The notes below the pieces were generated by a model, which had not been told where the DNA came from, did not search any database, and saw only the letters and a list, made by a program, of their open reading frames with translations. Both the position numbers and the translations under genes were made by a program. 64,000 nt of DNA, taken from Bacteroidales bacterium (GTDB lineage Bacteria; Bacteroidota; Bacteroidia; Bacteroidales; BM520). Location: contig JAQWAE010000004.1 in NCBI GenBank assembly GCA_028707815.1, positions 55,986 to 119,985 on the forward strand, in the 5' to 3' direction. Positions 45,397-53,907 of this stretch are shown piece after piece (the stretch's first letter is position 1; the number at the start of each line of letters is the position of its first letter).

Positions 45397-46539
45397 TTAT
45401 ATCTTATTATTTTCGGTAAATAAAAGTGCCGCATTACAGCCGCCGAAGCCCGACATCATCTTAATAAAAGAATGTTTGGAGATTTCAGCGTTTGCGAGAC
45501 ATACGTTAACCGGATTTATTGTACCCGGTATTTCAGTACCGGCAGTTTTAAGCACAATATTATTTTGCAATGCGTGACACGACATAATAGATTCCAACAC
45601 GCCGGCAGCTCCGAGTGTATGTCCGAAATAACCTTTCAAACTTGTGACGGGAACATCTTGTAAGCCGGCACGATTTATCGCCACCGACTCCATGTCATCG
45701 TTGTACGATGTAGCTGTACCATGCGCACTGATAAAGGCTATATCTTCATAACGCAGCTGCATAATACATCTGTAAAGACCTTCGCCCGTCCGCGAAGGTG
45801 CCGAGATATGATTCGAGTCGTTGTGCATAGCTCCGGCTTTCAGACTAACCGCATGCTCCGGTAAATCACAGCCATTATCGGCAGCATATACTATTGTCGC
45901 CGCCGCCTCACCCAAATTCAGCCCACAGCGGTTTTTATCAAACGGCATACACAAAGATGGCGAGAGTGCTTTAAAAGACTGAAAACCGGAAACAATAAAT
46001 TTCGACAAGACTTCTGCTCCAACTACAACAACATATTTATATCCATGATGATTTATTTGATTCATAGCCATTATTTGAGCCGCACAACCCGAAATACAAG
46101 CGTTACTGACCACTATCGGCTCATTCTTATTGCCGAAATATTCAGCTATAAGCTGAGCGGAACGCCACAGATAAACTCGTGCTTTTTCAAAAGGATTATT
46201 TAGATTGTCAAGCAAGTCAATATTTCCTTTAGTTGTAGAAAATATGAACAATACATCTTCGGCGGCAGCATCTATGCCGGCAGCTGATATAGCGGAGAAG
46301 GCAGAAAGTATAGCCATCTTTTCAAGACGAGTATATTTTTCTACACTTACAGATGATAATGCAGTAAAAGCATCATTCAGTTTATCTTCATCAATAAGAG
46401 AAGAATAGAAAGGCTCCGGCAAATCGAATTTGTCGGAATAATAACGAAGACCGCTTCTACCGAAACACACTGCTTCATAATTTTCTGCCGTTGAAAATCC
46501 TAAAGAAGAAATAATATTATCGCCGAGTATATACATCAT
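45397..46539 (-). CDS. Beta-ketoacyl-ACP synthase
   Basis: Cys in SNACISG, His in SAHGTATS and His in GHTLGAAG. Confidence 0.9.
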   Translation of the reverse strand: MMYILGDNIISSLGFSTAENYEAVCFGRSGLRYYSDKFDLPEPFYSSLIDEDKLNDAFTALSSVSVEKYTRLEKMAILSAFSAISAAGIDAAAEDVLFIFSTTKGNIDLLDNLNNPFEKARVYLWRSAQLIAEYFGNKNEPIVVSNACISGCAAQIMAMNQINHHGYKYVVVVGAEVLSKFIVSGFQSFKALSPSLCMPFDKNRCGLNLGEAAATIVYAADNGCDLPEHAVSLKAGAMHNDSNHISAPSRTGEGLYRCIMQLRYEDIAFISAHGTATSYNDDMESVAINRAGLQDVPVTSLKGYFGHTLGAAGVLESIMSCHALQNNIVLKTAGTEIPGTINPVNVCLANAEISKHSFIKMMSGFGGCNAALLFTENNKI

Positions 46540-46967
46540 CTTATACCATTAAGTTTTTCCCATTCACAATAAAAATCGGGCTTTGTCCACATAAGTTCAA
46601 AGTTTTTGTCAAGAAAAACCTGAGTTGTATAACCTGTAGCTCTCAATTCACCGGTGACTACATCAAATATCTCGTAATCAAAAACGATTTTTGCAGCTTC
46701 AGTATTTCTATATGTTATAACCACTCTAATCTTATCCGTATATTTAATAGGGCTTTTATAATTAAAGTGCATTTCCACCAAAGGAGAATAAAAACCTTTG
46801 TCGAACATATAAAGATATTCGAGATGATAAATTTTTCCGAACTCTTCGCGAGCATCTTCAAAATACAGCGGATAAGAGCCGTGCCAGACTATTCCCATAG
46901 AATCGACTTCATTAAATCTGATTTCGACTATTTTTTCCGCTTTTAAAATTTTCCTGTCTATATCCAT
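46536..46967 (-). CDS. 4HBT/YbgC-type hotdog thioesterase
   Basis: 143 aa with RFNEVDSMGIVWHGSYPLYFEDAREEF. Confidence 0.8.
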   Translation of the reverse strand: MDIDRKILKAEKIVEIRFNEVDSMGIVWHGSYPLYFEDAREEFGKIYHLEYLYMFDKGFYSPLVEMHFNYKSPIKYTDKIRVVITYRNTEAAKIVFDYEIFDVVTGELRATGYTTQVFLDKNFELMWTKPDFYCEWEKLNGIR

Positions 46968-47386
46968 CAGTTTTTTTCTCCTTCCATGACAAAAACTTTC
47001 ATATTACATTTTGCTATCATTTTTTCATTACAGACTATCTCGGCATCTACCATTGTTGCGGTATATACAGACGAGCATACTGTAATTTTAGTATTAAGAA
47101 TATCATCTACATAAACACAATCGAACACTTCAAAATCTTTAATTCCGCCGATGACACCTATTTTAACAGTCTGATTACGATTAAGATAGCCTATACGCGT
47201 AGCGCATGTCTGAGCGATATTTTCGAGTAATCCAACCTCTGTAAGCCGTCCCTGTTCAACAAAAATACAATCCTCACGAACAAGAAAATCCGTAGCAGTG
47301 ACGACCTCATCGCTATAAACAAGATTATCCACCATCACCATTGGCTGTCGTTGAGGAATATATTTCAAAGCAGGTTCTTTTTCCAT
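46967..47386 (-). CDS. Hotdog-fold dehydratase partner
   Basis: 139 aa. The N-terminal IPQRQPMVMVDNL is typical of APE-cluster dehydratases as recalled. Confidence 0.65.
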   Translation of the reverse strand: MEKEPALKYIPQRQPMVMVDNLVYSDEVVTATDFLVREDCIFVEQGRLTEVGLLENIAQTCATRIGYLNRNQTVKIGVIGGIKDFEVFDCVYVDDILNTKITVCSSVYTATMVDAEIVCNEKMIAKCNMKVFVMEGEKN

Positions 47387-47410
47387 CTCTACTGATGTTA
47401 TTTATGTTAA

Positions 47411-48499
47411 TTATTTAATGCTACATTGCATAATACTATGACCGAGACCTAATCCATCATAGATATTGTCGATTTTCAATCCGGCTTTATCGACACACGC
47501 CGCCATATCGCCGGAATAATACATTTTACTGTTACCATTGGCTATTGCTGTAAAATAAAGACTTATCTGTGACAAGCAATAGCTTGCCGTTTCAAAACGT
47601 TGACTGTCCCAGAAGGTCTCCATGATATACAATTTACAATCTTTAGCCATCGATTTTGCGGCGCGGGAGAGAATGCTTATCACTTCTGTTTCGGAGAAAC
47701 AGTCGAGAAATTGGCTCATCCATATAGCATCGAAGTTTTCAGGAAATTTTGTTGCCGGATTCAGTAAATCGCAGCCATAGCCGTTAATACGTTCCGCACC
47801 TTCAATGCCGGCGGTCTGTTTACGCATCATCTCAAGCTGTTGAGGTAAATCCATGATTGTGACGGTAACATCTTTATTATATTTCACACACTGTAAAGCC
47901 CAGCGACCGGTATTACCGCCGACATCTAACAATGTGCGAGGTTTGTTTTTGAATACTATTTTGAGAGCTTGCGCAAAAGAATTATCGGAATAAAAATGGT
48001 CGAAGCCGAACCAGCTTTTCTGTACTTGCGGCGGCAGTTGAGAAAGACCTTCATACACTGTTTCCCAATCGCCAAAGACCTTAAGACCTTCCGGCTTGCC
48101 GTTTAAAAGAGCTTCTTCCAAATTGAACATTCCCAAATAATTGACATCATGGTTAAAATCCATATTCACTCTTGCCATCTCATCGTGCAGCAAAAACCAG
48201 CCGGGTTTCGCCAAAAAGAACTTGTCATTTTTAAAAAGCACCGTACCTGTCGTCAAAGACGATTCGAGCAGCACCTTTGCAGCATAACCCGAAATATTGG
48301 CAGCTTTAGACACTTCGTCCATAGTCATACCTTCTTTGCTGCAGTCGTCAAGCATCTGAAAAATGCCAAATTTTATCATCAGCCTCGACACCTGAAAAAT
48401 TATAGGCCCAAAAGCTATTTCCTGTGCTAATCGTTGTGCTTGAAGAGCCGTAAAACGTTCCTTTGAATATATCTCTTTTTGCGGACTTTGTAATTTCAT
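47411..48499 (-). CDS. Class I SAM-dependent methyltransferase (O-methyltransferase family-2-like, with an N-terminal dimerisation domain)
   Basis: Motif I LLDVGGNTGRWA. 362 aa. Confidence 0.85.
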   Translation of the reverse strand: MKLQSPQKEIYSKERFTALQAQRLAQEIAFGPIIFQVSRLMIKFGIFQMLDDCSKEGMTMDEVSKAANISGYAAKVLLESSLTTGTVLFKNDKFFLAKPGWFLLHDEMARVNMDFNHDVNYLGMFNLEEALLNGKPEGLKVFGDWETVYEGLSQLPPQVQKSWFGFDHFYSDNSFAQALKIVFKNKPRTLLDVGGNTGRWALQCVKYNKDVTVTIMDLPQQLEMMRKQTAGIEGAERINGYGCDLLNPATKFPENFDAIWMSQFLDCFSETEVISILSRAAKSMAKDCKLYIMETFWDSQRFETASYCLSQISLYFTAIANGNSKMYYSGDMAACVDKAGLKIDNIYDGLGLGHSIMQCSIK

Positions 48500-48542
48500 A
48501 AATAATATATTTGTTTATAATAAACCACTGCTAATCATCAAT

Positions 48543-49439
48543 TTATATTTTCCAAAAGTCATAGTAGTTAAACCACTGTTCGGGATATTTTCTCACTATT
48601 TCTTCAAGATATTTCACATATTGTTTAAGCATATTTTCAGCTCTTTTATTGATAGATTGTTCTTGTTCATCAACATCAAGAGGGAAAATATATGTTGTAT
48701 AATTAAGTTTTTTCTCTTTCATGGTAAAAACACAGACCATATCTGAATTAGTATGAGCGGCGAGGATAAAAGTACCTAATGGAAAATATGCTTCTTTACC
48801 GAGAAAATCGACTTTTTTCTTTTTATTTCCTCCCATCAGTCTGTCGCACAGGATTGTTACAACTCCACCTTTTTCGAGAGCTTCTTTAATGGCAAACAAA
48901 TGCGACATGTCATCAGCAATAGGAATAAGATTAATATGTGTTCTTTGTAACGATTGCTCACGATGTTGAAGCATCACTTCTGTCTCTGCGCCGAACATCA
49001 CACTATAAAACGGCTTTTTATTTTGACTGAGACAATGTCCTGCCAATTCAAAATTGCCAACATGAGAACTGACTATCACAAATCCTTTATTATTATCTAA
49101 CATTGACTGAAAAGCATCTTCATTCTCTATATGAATATGGAACTGTGCCGTTTTTCCGCTTTGCATAGCAAATTTGTCTAAGACCACTTTGCCAAAAACA
49201 TAATAATTTTTGGCGGTAGCACGAAAAGCCTTACATTTTCCATAGCCAAGAATATCATGGAAATATGAATATACAGCTTTACGTCCTTTGACAGCAAAAA
49301 GCAGATAAAACGGGATAACAAAAACAAGAACAGGATAAAGGACAGTTACTTTAAAAAATCTGAAAAAACAGAATAAAAATTTCTGCCCGAATTTTCCCCC
49401 TCCTGTCGTCCCTCTCCATTGGCGACTTTCAGATGGCAT
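48543..49439 (-). CDS. LpxL/HtrB-type lysophospholipid (lipid A-like) acyltransferase
   Basis: N-terminal TM segment and HVGNFE (HxGNxE) motif. Confidence 0.75.
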   Translation of the reverse strand: MPSESRQWRGTTGGGKFGQKFLFCFFRFFKVTVLYPVLVFVIPFYLLFAVKGRKAVYSYFHDILGYGKCKAFRATAKNYYVFGKVVLDKFAMQSGKTAQFHIHIENEDAFQSMLDNNKGFVIVSSHVGNFELAGHCLSQNKKPFYSVMFGAETEVMLQHREQSLQRTHINLIPIADDMSHLFAIKEALEKGGVVTILCDRLMGGNKKKKVDFLGKEAYFPLGTFILAAHTNSDMVCVFTMKEKKLNYTTYIFPLDVDEQEQSINKRAENMLKQYVKYLEEIVRKYPEQWFNYYDFWKI

Positions 49440-49442
49440 AAA

Positions 49443-49685
49443 CTATTTAACTTTTGTCTCTATATAATCATAGAATTGAGCTAATGTTCTAACATCTTTC
49501 ATTTCTTCCGGTTTAATCTTAAAGCCAAAATTACGCTCTACAATCACAACGATATCCACAAAATCAAGACTATCAATACCGAGGTCTTCTTTAAGACGAG
49601 CATCATCTTTCAACAAAGATTCTTCTATCTCTATTTCATCTACGAGAAATTTATTCACTTTTTCAATTACTTCTTCTCTTTTCAT
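49443..49685 (-). CDS. Acyl carrier protein
   Basis: 80 aa with DLGIDSLDFVD. Confidence 0.9.
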   Translation of the reverse strand: MKREEVIEKVNKFLVDEIEIEESLLKDDARLKEDLGIDSLDFVDIVVIVERNFGFKIKPEEMKDVRTLAQFYDYIETKVK

Positions 49686-49704
49686 TATGTAATATTTTAT
49701 GATG

Positions 49705-50931
49705 TTATTTAATTTTCTGAATAATCAATGCGCTATTTGTTCCGCCGAATCCGAAAGAATTTGACAGATAAGTATTAATGATTTTAGGTGTAGTTTTAGT
49801 AATAATATTAAGATTTTTCGAATACTCGTCAGGATTTTCGAAGTTAATATTTGGTGCTATAAATGAATTCAGCATCATTATATTTGAGTACACCACTTCG
49901 GCAGCACCTGCCATCCAACATTCATGACCTGTCATAGACTTTGTTGAGCTGACAGGTGTATGATATGCAGTAAACATTTTATCGATAGCCATTGCTTCGT
50001 ATGCGTCTCCCTGCAATGTTGATGTTGCATGGGCGTTAATATAATCTATATCCGCAGGAGTTACGCCGGCATCTTTTAAAGCTCTTTCCATAGCTATTAC
50101 AGAGCCTATGTCGCTCGGCTGCGAAATATTAGCACCGTTAGATGAGAAGCCGTAGCCTGACACTTCGGCAATGATATGCGCTCCACGTTTAACAGCATGT
50201 TCATACTCCTCGAGGATTACTGCTGCGCCTCCACCGCTGGGGACAAGTCCGTCTCTGTCTCTGTCAAAAGGACGAGAAGCTTTTGTCGGCTCATCAATAC
50301 GAATAGAAAAAGCACCAAGTCCATCAAAACTGCCCATAGAAAGATAATTAGTCTCCTGCGCACCTCCACAAATAATCATATCTTGCAAGCCATCACGGAT
50401 AAACATCATGCCAAGACCAATTGCATGAGAGCCGCTGGCACAAGCTGCACTGATTGTCATGTTTATTCCACGTAATTTGAATATGGTAGACAAGTTCATG
50501 GTAACAGTAGAGTTCATCGACTGAAATATTGCTCCCGACCCCATCAGAGTAGTATCTTTAGTACGCAACGCAGTCGTATGAGATTCTATCACCGCCTTAG
50601 CAGAAGAATCGTTACCGAAAAGTACACCTACCTCATTATTAGTTAGATAATCCATATCTACGCCGGCATTTTTCAATGCCTCGGCAGTAGCCATATAAGC
50701 ATATTCTCCTTCTTCGGCAAGCCCGACACGCATACGCCTGTCTAAAACACCTTTCAACACAGGACGTTCCACCATCCCGCATAGCGGCGACCGATAACCG
50801 TACTCAGTACGTACAGGATCTACTGTTATGCCCGACTTACCTTCGTATAGTGACTTCGTCACTTCTTCTATATTTTTTCCTAAACAAGACCAAATGCCCA
50901 TCCCTGTTATAACTACTCTCCTTTTACCCAT
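49705..50931 (-). CDS. Beta-ketoacyl-ACP synthase (FabF/FabB-type)
   Basis: Cys in SAACASG, His in NAHATST and His in GHECWMAG. Confidence 0.9.
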   Translation of the reverse strand: MGKRRVVITGMGIWSCLGKNIEEVTKSLYEGKSGITVDPVRTEYGYRSPLCGMVERPVLKGVLDRRMRVGLAEEGEYAYMATAEALKNAGVDMDYLTNNEVGVLFGNDSSAKAVIESHTTALRTKDTTLMGSGAIFQSMNSTVTMNLSTIFKLRGINMTISAACASGSHAIGLGMMFIRDGLQDMIICGGAQETNYLSMGSFDGLGAFSIRIDEPTKASRPFDRDRDGLVPSGGGAAVILEEYEHAVKRGAHIIAEVSGYGFSSNGANISQPSDIGSVIAMERALKDAGVTPADIDYINAHATSTLQGDAYEAMAIDKMFTAYHTPVSSTKSMTGHECWMAGAAEVVYSNIMMLNSFIAPNINFENPDEYSKNLNIITKTTPKIINTYLSNSFGFGGTNSALIIQKIK

Positions 50932-50985
50932 AAATATATCCTCATATATTTTTCTAATTATCGTTTTATGCTAAACAACTAAACA

Positions 50986-51714
50986 TTACGTATACAATCC
51001 TCCGTTTATAGAGATAACCTCTCCCGTGATATATGCAGCTTCGCGCGAAGCCAAATAATTCACCAGCGAAGCCACTTCTTCGGGACGTCCGAAACGTCCT
51101 ACAGGAATCATTTTTTTCAAACTTGCTTCATCTAAACTCGCTGTCATATCGGTAGCAACAAAGCCGGGAGCTACCGCATTAACAGTAACTTTTCTTGCGC
51201 CGACTTCCTGCGCCAACGACTTTGTAGCGCCTATCAACGCTGCCTTTGCCGCCGAATAATTTACCTGCCCAGGCAAACCTTTAATACCTGAAAGCGATGC
51301 CACATTGATAATTCTACCGTAACGATGCGTCAACATATCTTTCAGCAACCGGCGAGTAATATAAAAAAAACCGAAAAGATTAGTATTGATAACATCTGTC
51401 CAATCTTCATCCTGCATAAAAATCATCATCGTATCCTTACGGATGCCGGCATTGTTTACCAACACCGAAATATAATCATCAAGGTGTGAAGACTGCCATT
51501 GTTCAACAGCCGCATCTACAGCTTTACCATCTGAAACATCAAAAGGCAAAAGCTCTGCAATGCCACCCGTCTCTGTTATCAACTTTTGTGTTTCTAACGC
51601 AGCCGCCTCATTAGATTTATAATTTATTATAACCGAAAAACCGCTATCTGCCAACTTCTGACATATCGCCCGCCCTATTCCGCGAGAACCACCGGTAACT
51701 AATGCGTATTCCAT
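50986..51714 (-). CDS. FabG-type 3-oxoacyl-ACP reductase (SDR)
   Basis: TGGSRGIGRAI, NNAG and S...YSAAK motifs. Confidence 0.9.
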   Translation of the reverse strand: MEYALVTGGSRGIGRAICQKLADSGFSVIINYKSNEAAALETQKLITETGGIAELLPFDVSDGKAVDAAVEQWQSSHLDDYISVLVNNAGIRKDTMMIFMQDEDWTDVINTNLFGFFYITRRLLKDMLTHRYGRIINVASLSGIKGLPGQVNYSAAKAALIGATKSLAQEVGARKVTVNAVAPGFVATDMTASLDEASLKKMIPVGRFGRPEEVASLVNYLASREAAYITGEVISINGGLYT

Positions 51715-51715
51715 A

Positions 51716-53221
51716 TTACAAATATTTATCGTTTTTCAAATAATCAATGACAGCTGCTATTTCTTTATATTTCGTCGTATCTTCGATAAACAGCGGCACC
51801 AGACTTCTGACATCATGATAAATCTTAGCAGTATATTTCGACAGCTTATTTTGAACTTTAAGACAATCAACAGCCTGAACCAATGCGATATAATGAATTG
51901 CCATGACCTGAAACGCATTTTCTATAACACGTTTCGTCAAAATCGCCGAATTAGTACCCATACTTACAACATCTTGGTTATCATTATTATTCGGAATGCT
52001 GTGTACACACATAGGATTTGACAAAGTCTGACATTCTGCCGTAGTAGATGTGGCGGTAAACTGCATAGCTTGAATGCCATAATTCAATCCAAGTTGTCCC
52101 AAATTCAAAAACGGCGGCAGTATGCCGTTAATTTTATCATGACATAGATAATTCAACTGACGTTCCATCAACATTGTCAACTTAGTCATAGCTATCTTAA
52201 TTTTATCCATCTCAAAAGATATATAGTCGCCGTGGAAATTGCCGCCATGGTATACTGTTTTCGTATCAATATCGACAATAGGATTATCATCAACGCCATT
52301 AAATTCGTCAATGATAATTTCTTCGGCAAAATCAAGTGTATCTGCAACAGGTCCTAAGACCTGAGGAACGCAGCGCAGTGAATAATACGGCTGTACTTTA
52401 TGATCGAAAATCTTTTCTGAGTGAACATGATACATCTCGACAGCACGTTTCAGCAACAATTCACTGCCTTCTGACATTTTGCGCATAGTAGCAGCCACAT
52501 CTATCTGTCCTTTATGACCTTTCAATTTATTAAGTTCCGGAGCCATAAAATCATCGTAAGACGAAGCAATTTCATTAATCATTACTGATGCAGCTATTGC
52601 ATGATGCAACAACGTTTTAGCATAAATAAGATTGACAACTCCAACGCCGGTCATCATAGCCGTGCCGTTAGTAAGAGCCAGCCCCTCACGCACCTTCATC
52701 GTAATAGGCTTAAGATTAAGCTCTTGCATCACCTCGGCAGTAGGTCGTTTCTCTCCATGATAAAAAACATCACCCTCACCGATAAGTGTCAATGCCAAAT
52801 GAGCAAGCTGCACCAAATCGCCACTCGCACCAACACTGCCATGCTGAGGAATTACAGGATAAACACCTTCATTGATAAAATCTTGTAAAAGCCTGATAAC
52901 CTCTATATTAACTCCTGATTTCCCTTTAAGAAAAGTACTGAGCCTCGACATCATAGCTGCCTTAACATATACATCTTCAAAAGGTTCTCCGGCTCCTGTG
53001 CTATGACTTCTGATGATATTATACTGTAAAGCCTTTAAATCGGCATCATTAACATGATATTGTGCCATAGGACCAAAACCGGTGTTAATACCATATATAA
53101 CTTTCTCCCTTGCAAAAGACTCCAAAAAAAAGAAACTGTTATTCACTCTCTCTATGTCGTCTTGCGATAATTCAAAACATTTATTCTCAAATAAAACGTC
53201 TTCTATCTCTCTTAAAATCAT
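51716..53221 (-). CDS. Aromatic amino acid ammonia-lyase (HAL/PAL/TAL family), probably a flexirubin-type tyrosine ammonia-lyase
   Basis: MIO motif GASGDL. The blocks GINTGFGPMAQY, YNIIRSHSTG and HSIPNNNDNQDVVSMG closely resemble Bacteroidetes TALs as I recall them. First gene of the operon. Confidence 0.85.
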   Translation of the reverse strand: MILREIEDVLFENKCFELSQDDIERVNNSFFFLESFAREKVIYGINTGFGPMAQYHVNDADLKALQYNIIRSHSTGAGEPFEDVYVKAAMMSRLSTFLKGKSGVNIEVIRLLQDFINEGVYPVIPQHGSVGASGDLVQLAHLALTLIGEGDVFYHGEKRPTAEVMQELNLKPITMKVREGLALTNGTAMMTGVGVVNLIYAKTLLHHAIAASVMINEIASSYDDFMAPELNKLKGHKGQIDVAATMRKMSEGSELLLKRAVEMYHVHSEKIFDHKVQPYYSLRCVPQVLGPVADTLDFAEEIIIDEFNGVDDNPIVDIDTKTVYHGGNFHGDYISFEMDKIKIAMTKLTMLMERQLNYLCHDKINGILPPFLNLGQLGLNYGIQAMQFTATSTTAECQTLSNPMCVHSIPNNNDNQDVVSMGTNSAILTKRVIENAFQVMAIHYIALVQAVDCLKVQNKLSKYTAKIYHDVRSLVPLFIEDTTKYKEIAAVIDYLKNDKYL

Positions 53222-53270
53222 TCGTTTGTAAATTTATACTTATATATATTTTTAATAAAAAATCAATTTA

Positions 53271-53278
53271 CAAAGTTA
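53271..53278 (-). promoter_or_regulatory. -7 box TAACTTTG for the pigment operon
   Basis: The reverse complement of caaagtta, about 50 nt upstream of the ATG at 53221. Confidence 0.45.
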
Positions 53279-53323
53279 TATATTTTTATTGATTTTTGAT
53301 GATTTTACCATAGAAAAAATTGG

Positions 53324-53390
53324 GTAGATTCAAGTACGCGTAGATTCATTAGCATTGCGAAAGTACAATAAAGAGTCGAGAAATAATAAA
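53324..53390 (+). repeat. L-module repeat with a tandemly duplicated core (GTAGATTCA at 53324 and 53340)
   Basis: gtagattcaagtacgc gtagattcattagcattgcgaaagtacaataaagagtcgag. Confidence 0.7.
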
Positions 53391-53394
53391 GAAT

Positions 53395-53907
53395 TTATTT
53401 TTTTGTCATAATTACAATATATTCGTTACTCATTGTATCTACTTTTGCGCCATGTTTATTGGTAGGACTTGTTTTAGACGGCATACGTTTATTTGGTATT
53501 CGGCGAACAATAGTTTTTTCATGATTAAAACCTTGTTTTTCAAACATTTCAGCTGTAAAATAATCCAGCGGAATTTGAACACCTTTCACATTACGATTTC
53601 CTACGACATAACAAATACATCCACCACTTCGTATAGTTGGAGCTATGTTTTTGATAGAATTGTAGTAATCATTCAGAAAGGCTACCACTTCCGAATATCG
53701 CTTACAGTCAGCTTGTTCTATTTTTTGCAACTCGTTTTTTATAGTTTTGGTTTCAAAAATTGCTTTTTTTTGCTTTTTTCCACCCATTAGAAGATTGTCT
53801 AAATTTTTCGCATTTGGCAAATTAAACCACTCGTTTGCCCAACGAGAAAATTGTCCGTAAGCGACTGTTGTATGGCTATCGCCGTAAGGTGGTGAAGTAA
53901 CAATCAT
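53395..53907 (-). pseudogene. N-terminally truncated N6/N4 DNA methyltransferase (begins at catalytic motif IV, SPPY)
   Basis: The ORF begins MIVTSPPYG. An in-frame TGA lies 18 nt upstream, and no AdoMet-binding motif I is found anywhere in the 170 aa. Confidence 0.55.

Noticed and set aside
28672-53390. Inverted L-module copies bracketing 24.6 kb (the CDP-alcohol transferase, TauE and the whole pigment operon), considered as terminal inverted repeats of a composite transposon or island.
   Set aside because: The conserved GTAGATTCA ends face inward rather than outward. No transposase or integrase lies between them and no target duplication is visible. The same module also precedes two operons outside this segment, so a promoter-associated repeat is the simpler reading.
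53395-53907. The methyltransferase ORF considered as an active orphan DNA methylase.
   Set aside because: It starts at motif IV and has an upstream in-frame stop. It lacks any AdoMet-binding G-x-G motif in its 170 aa, so it is treated as a remnant.
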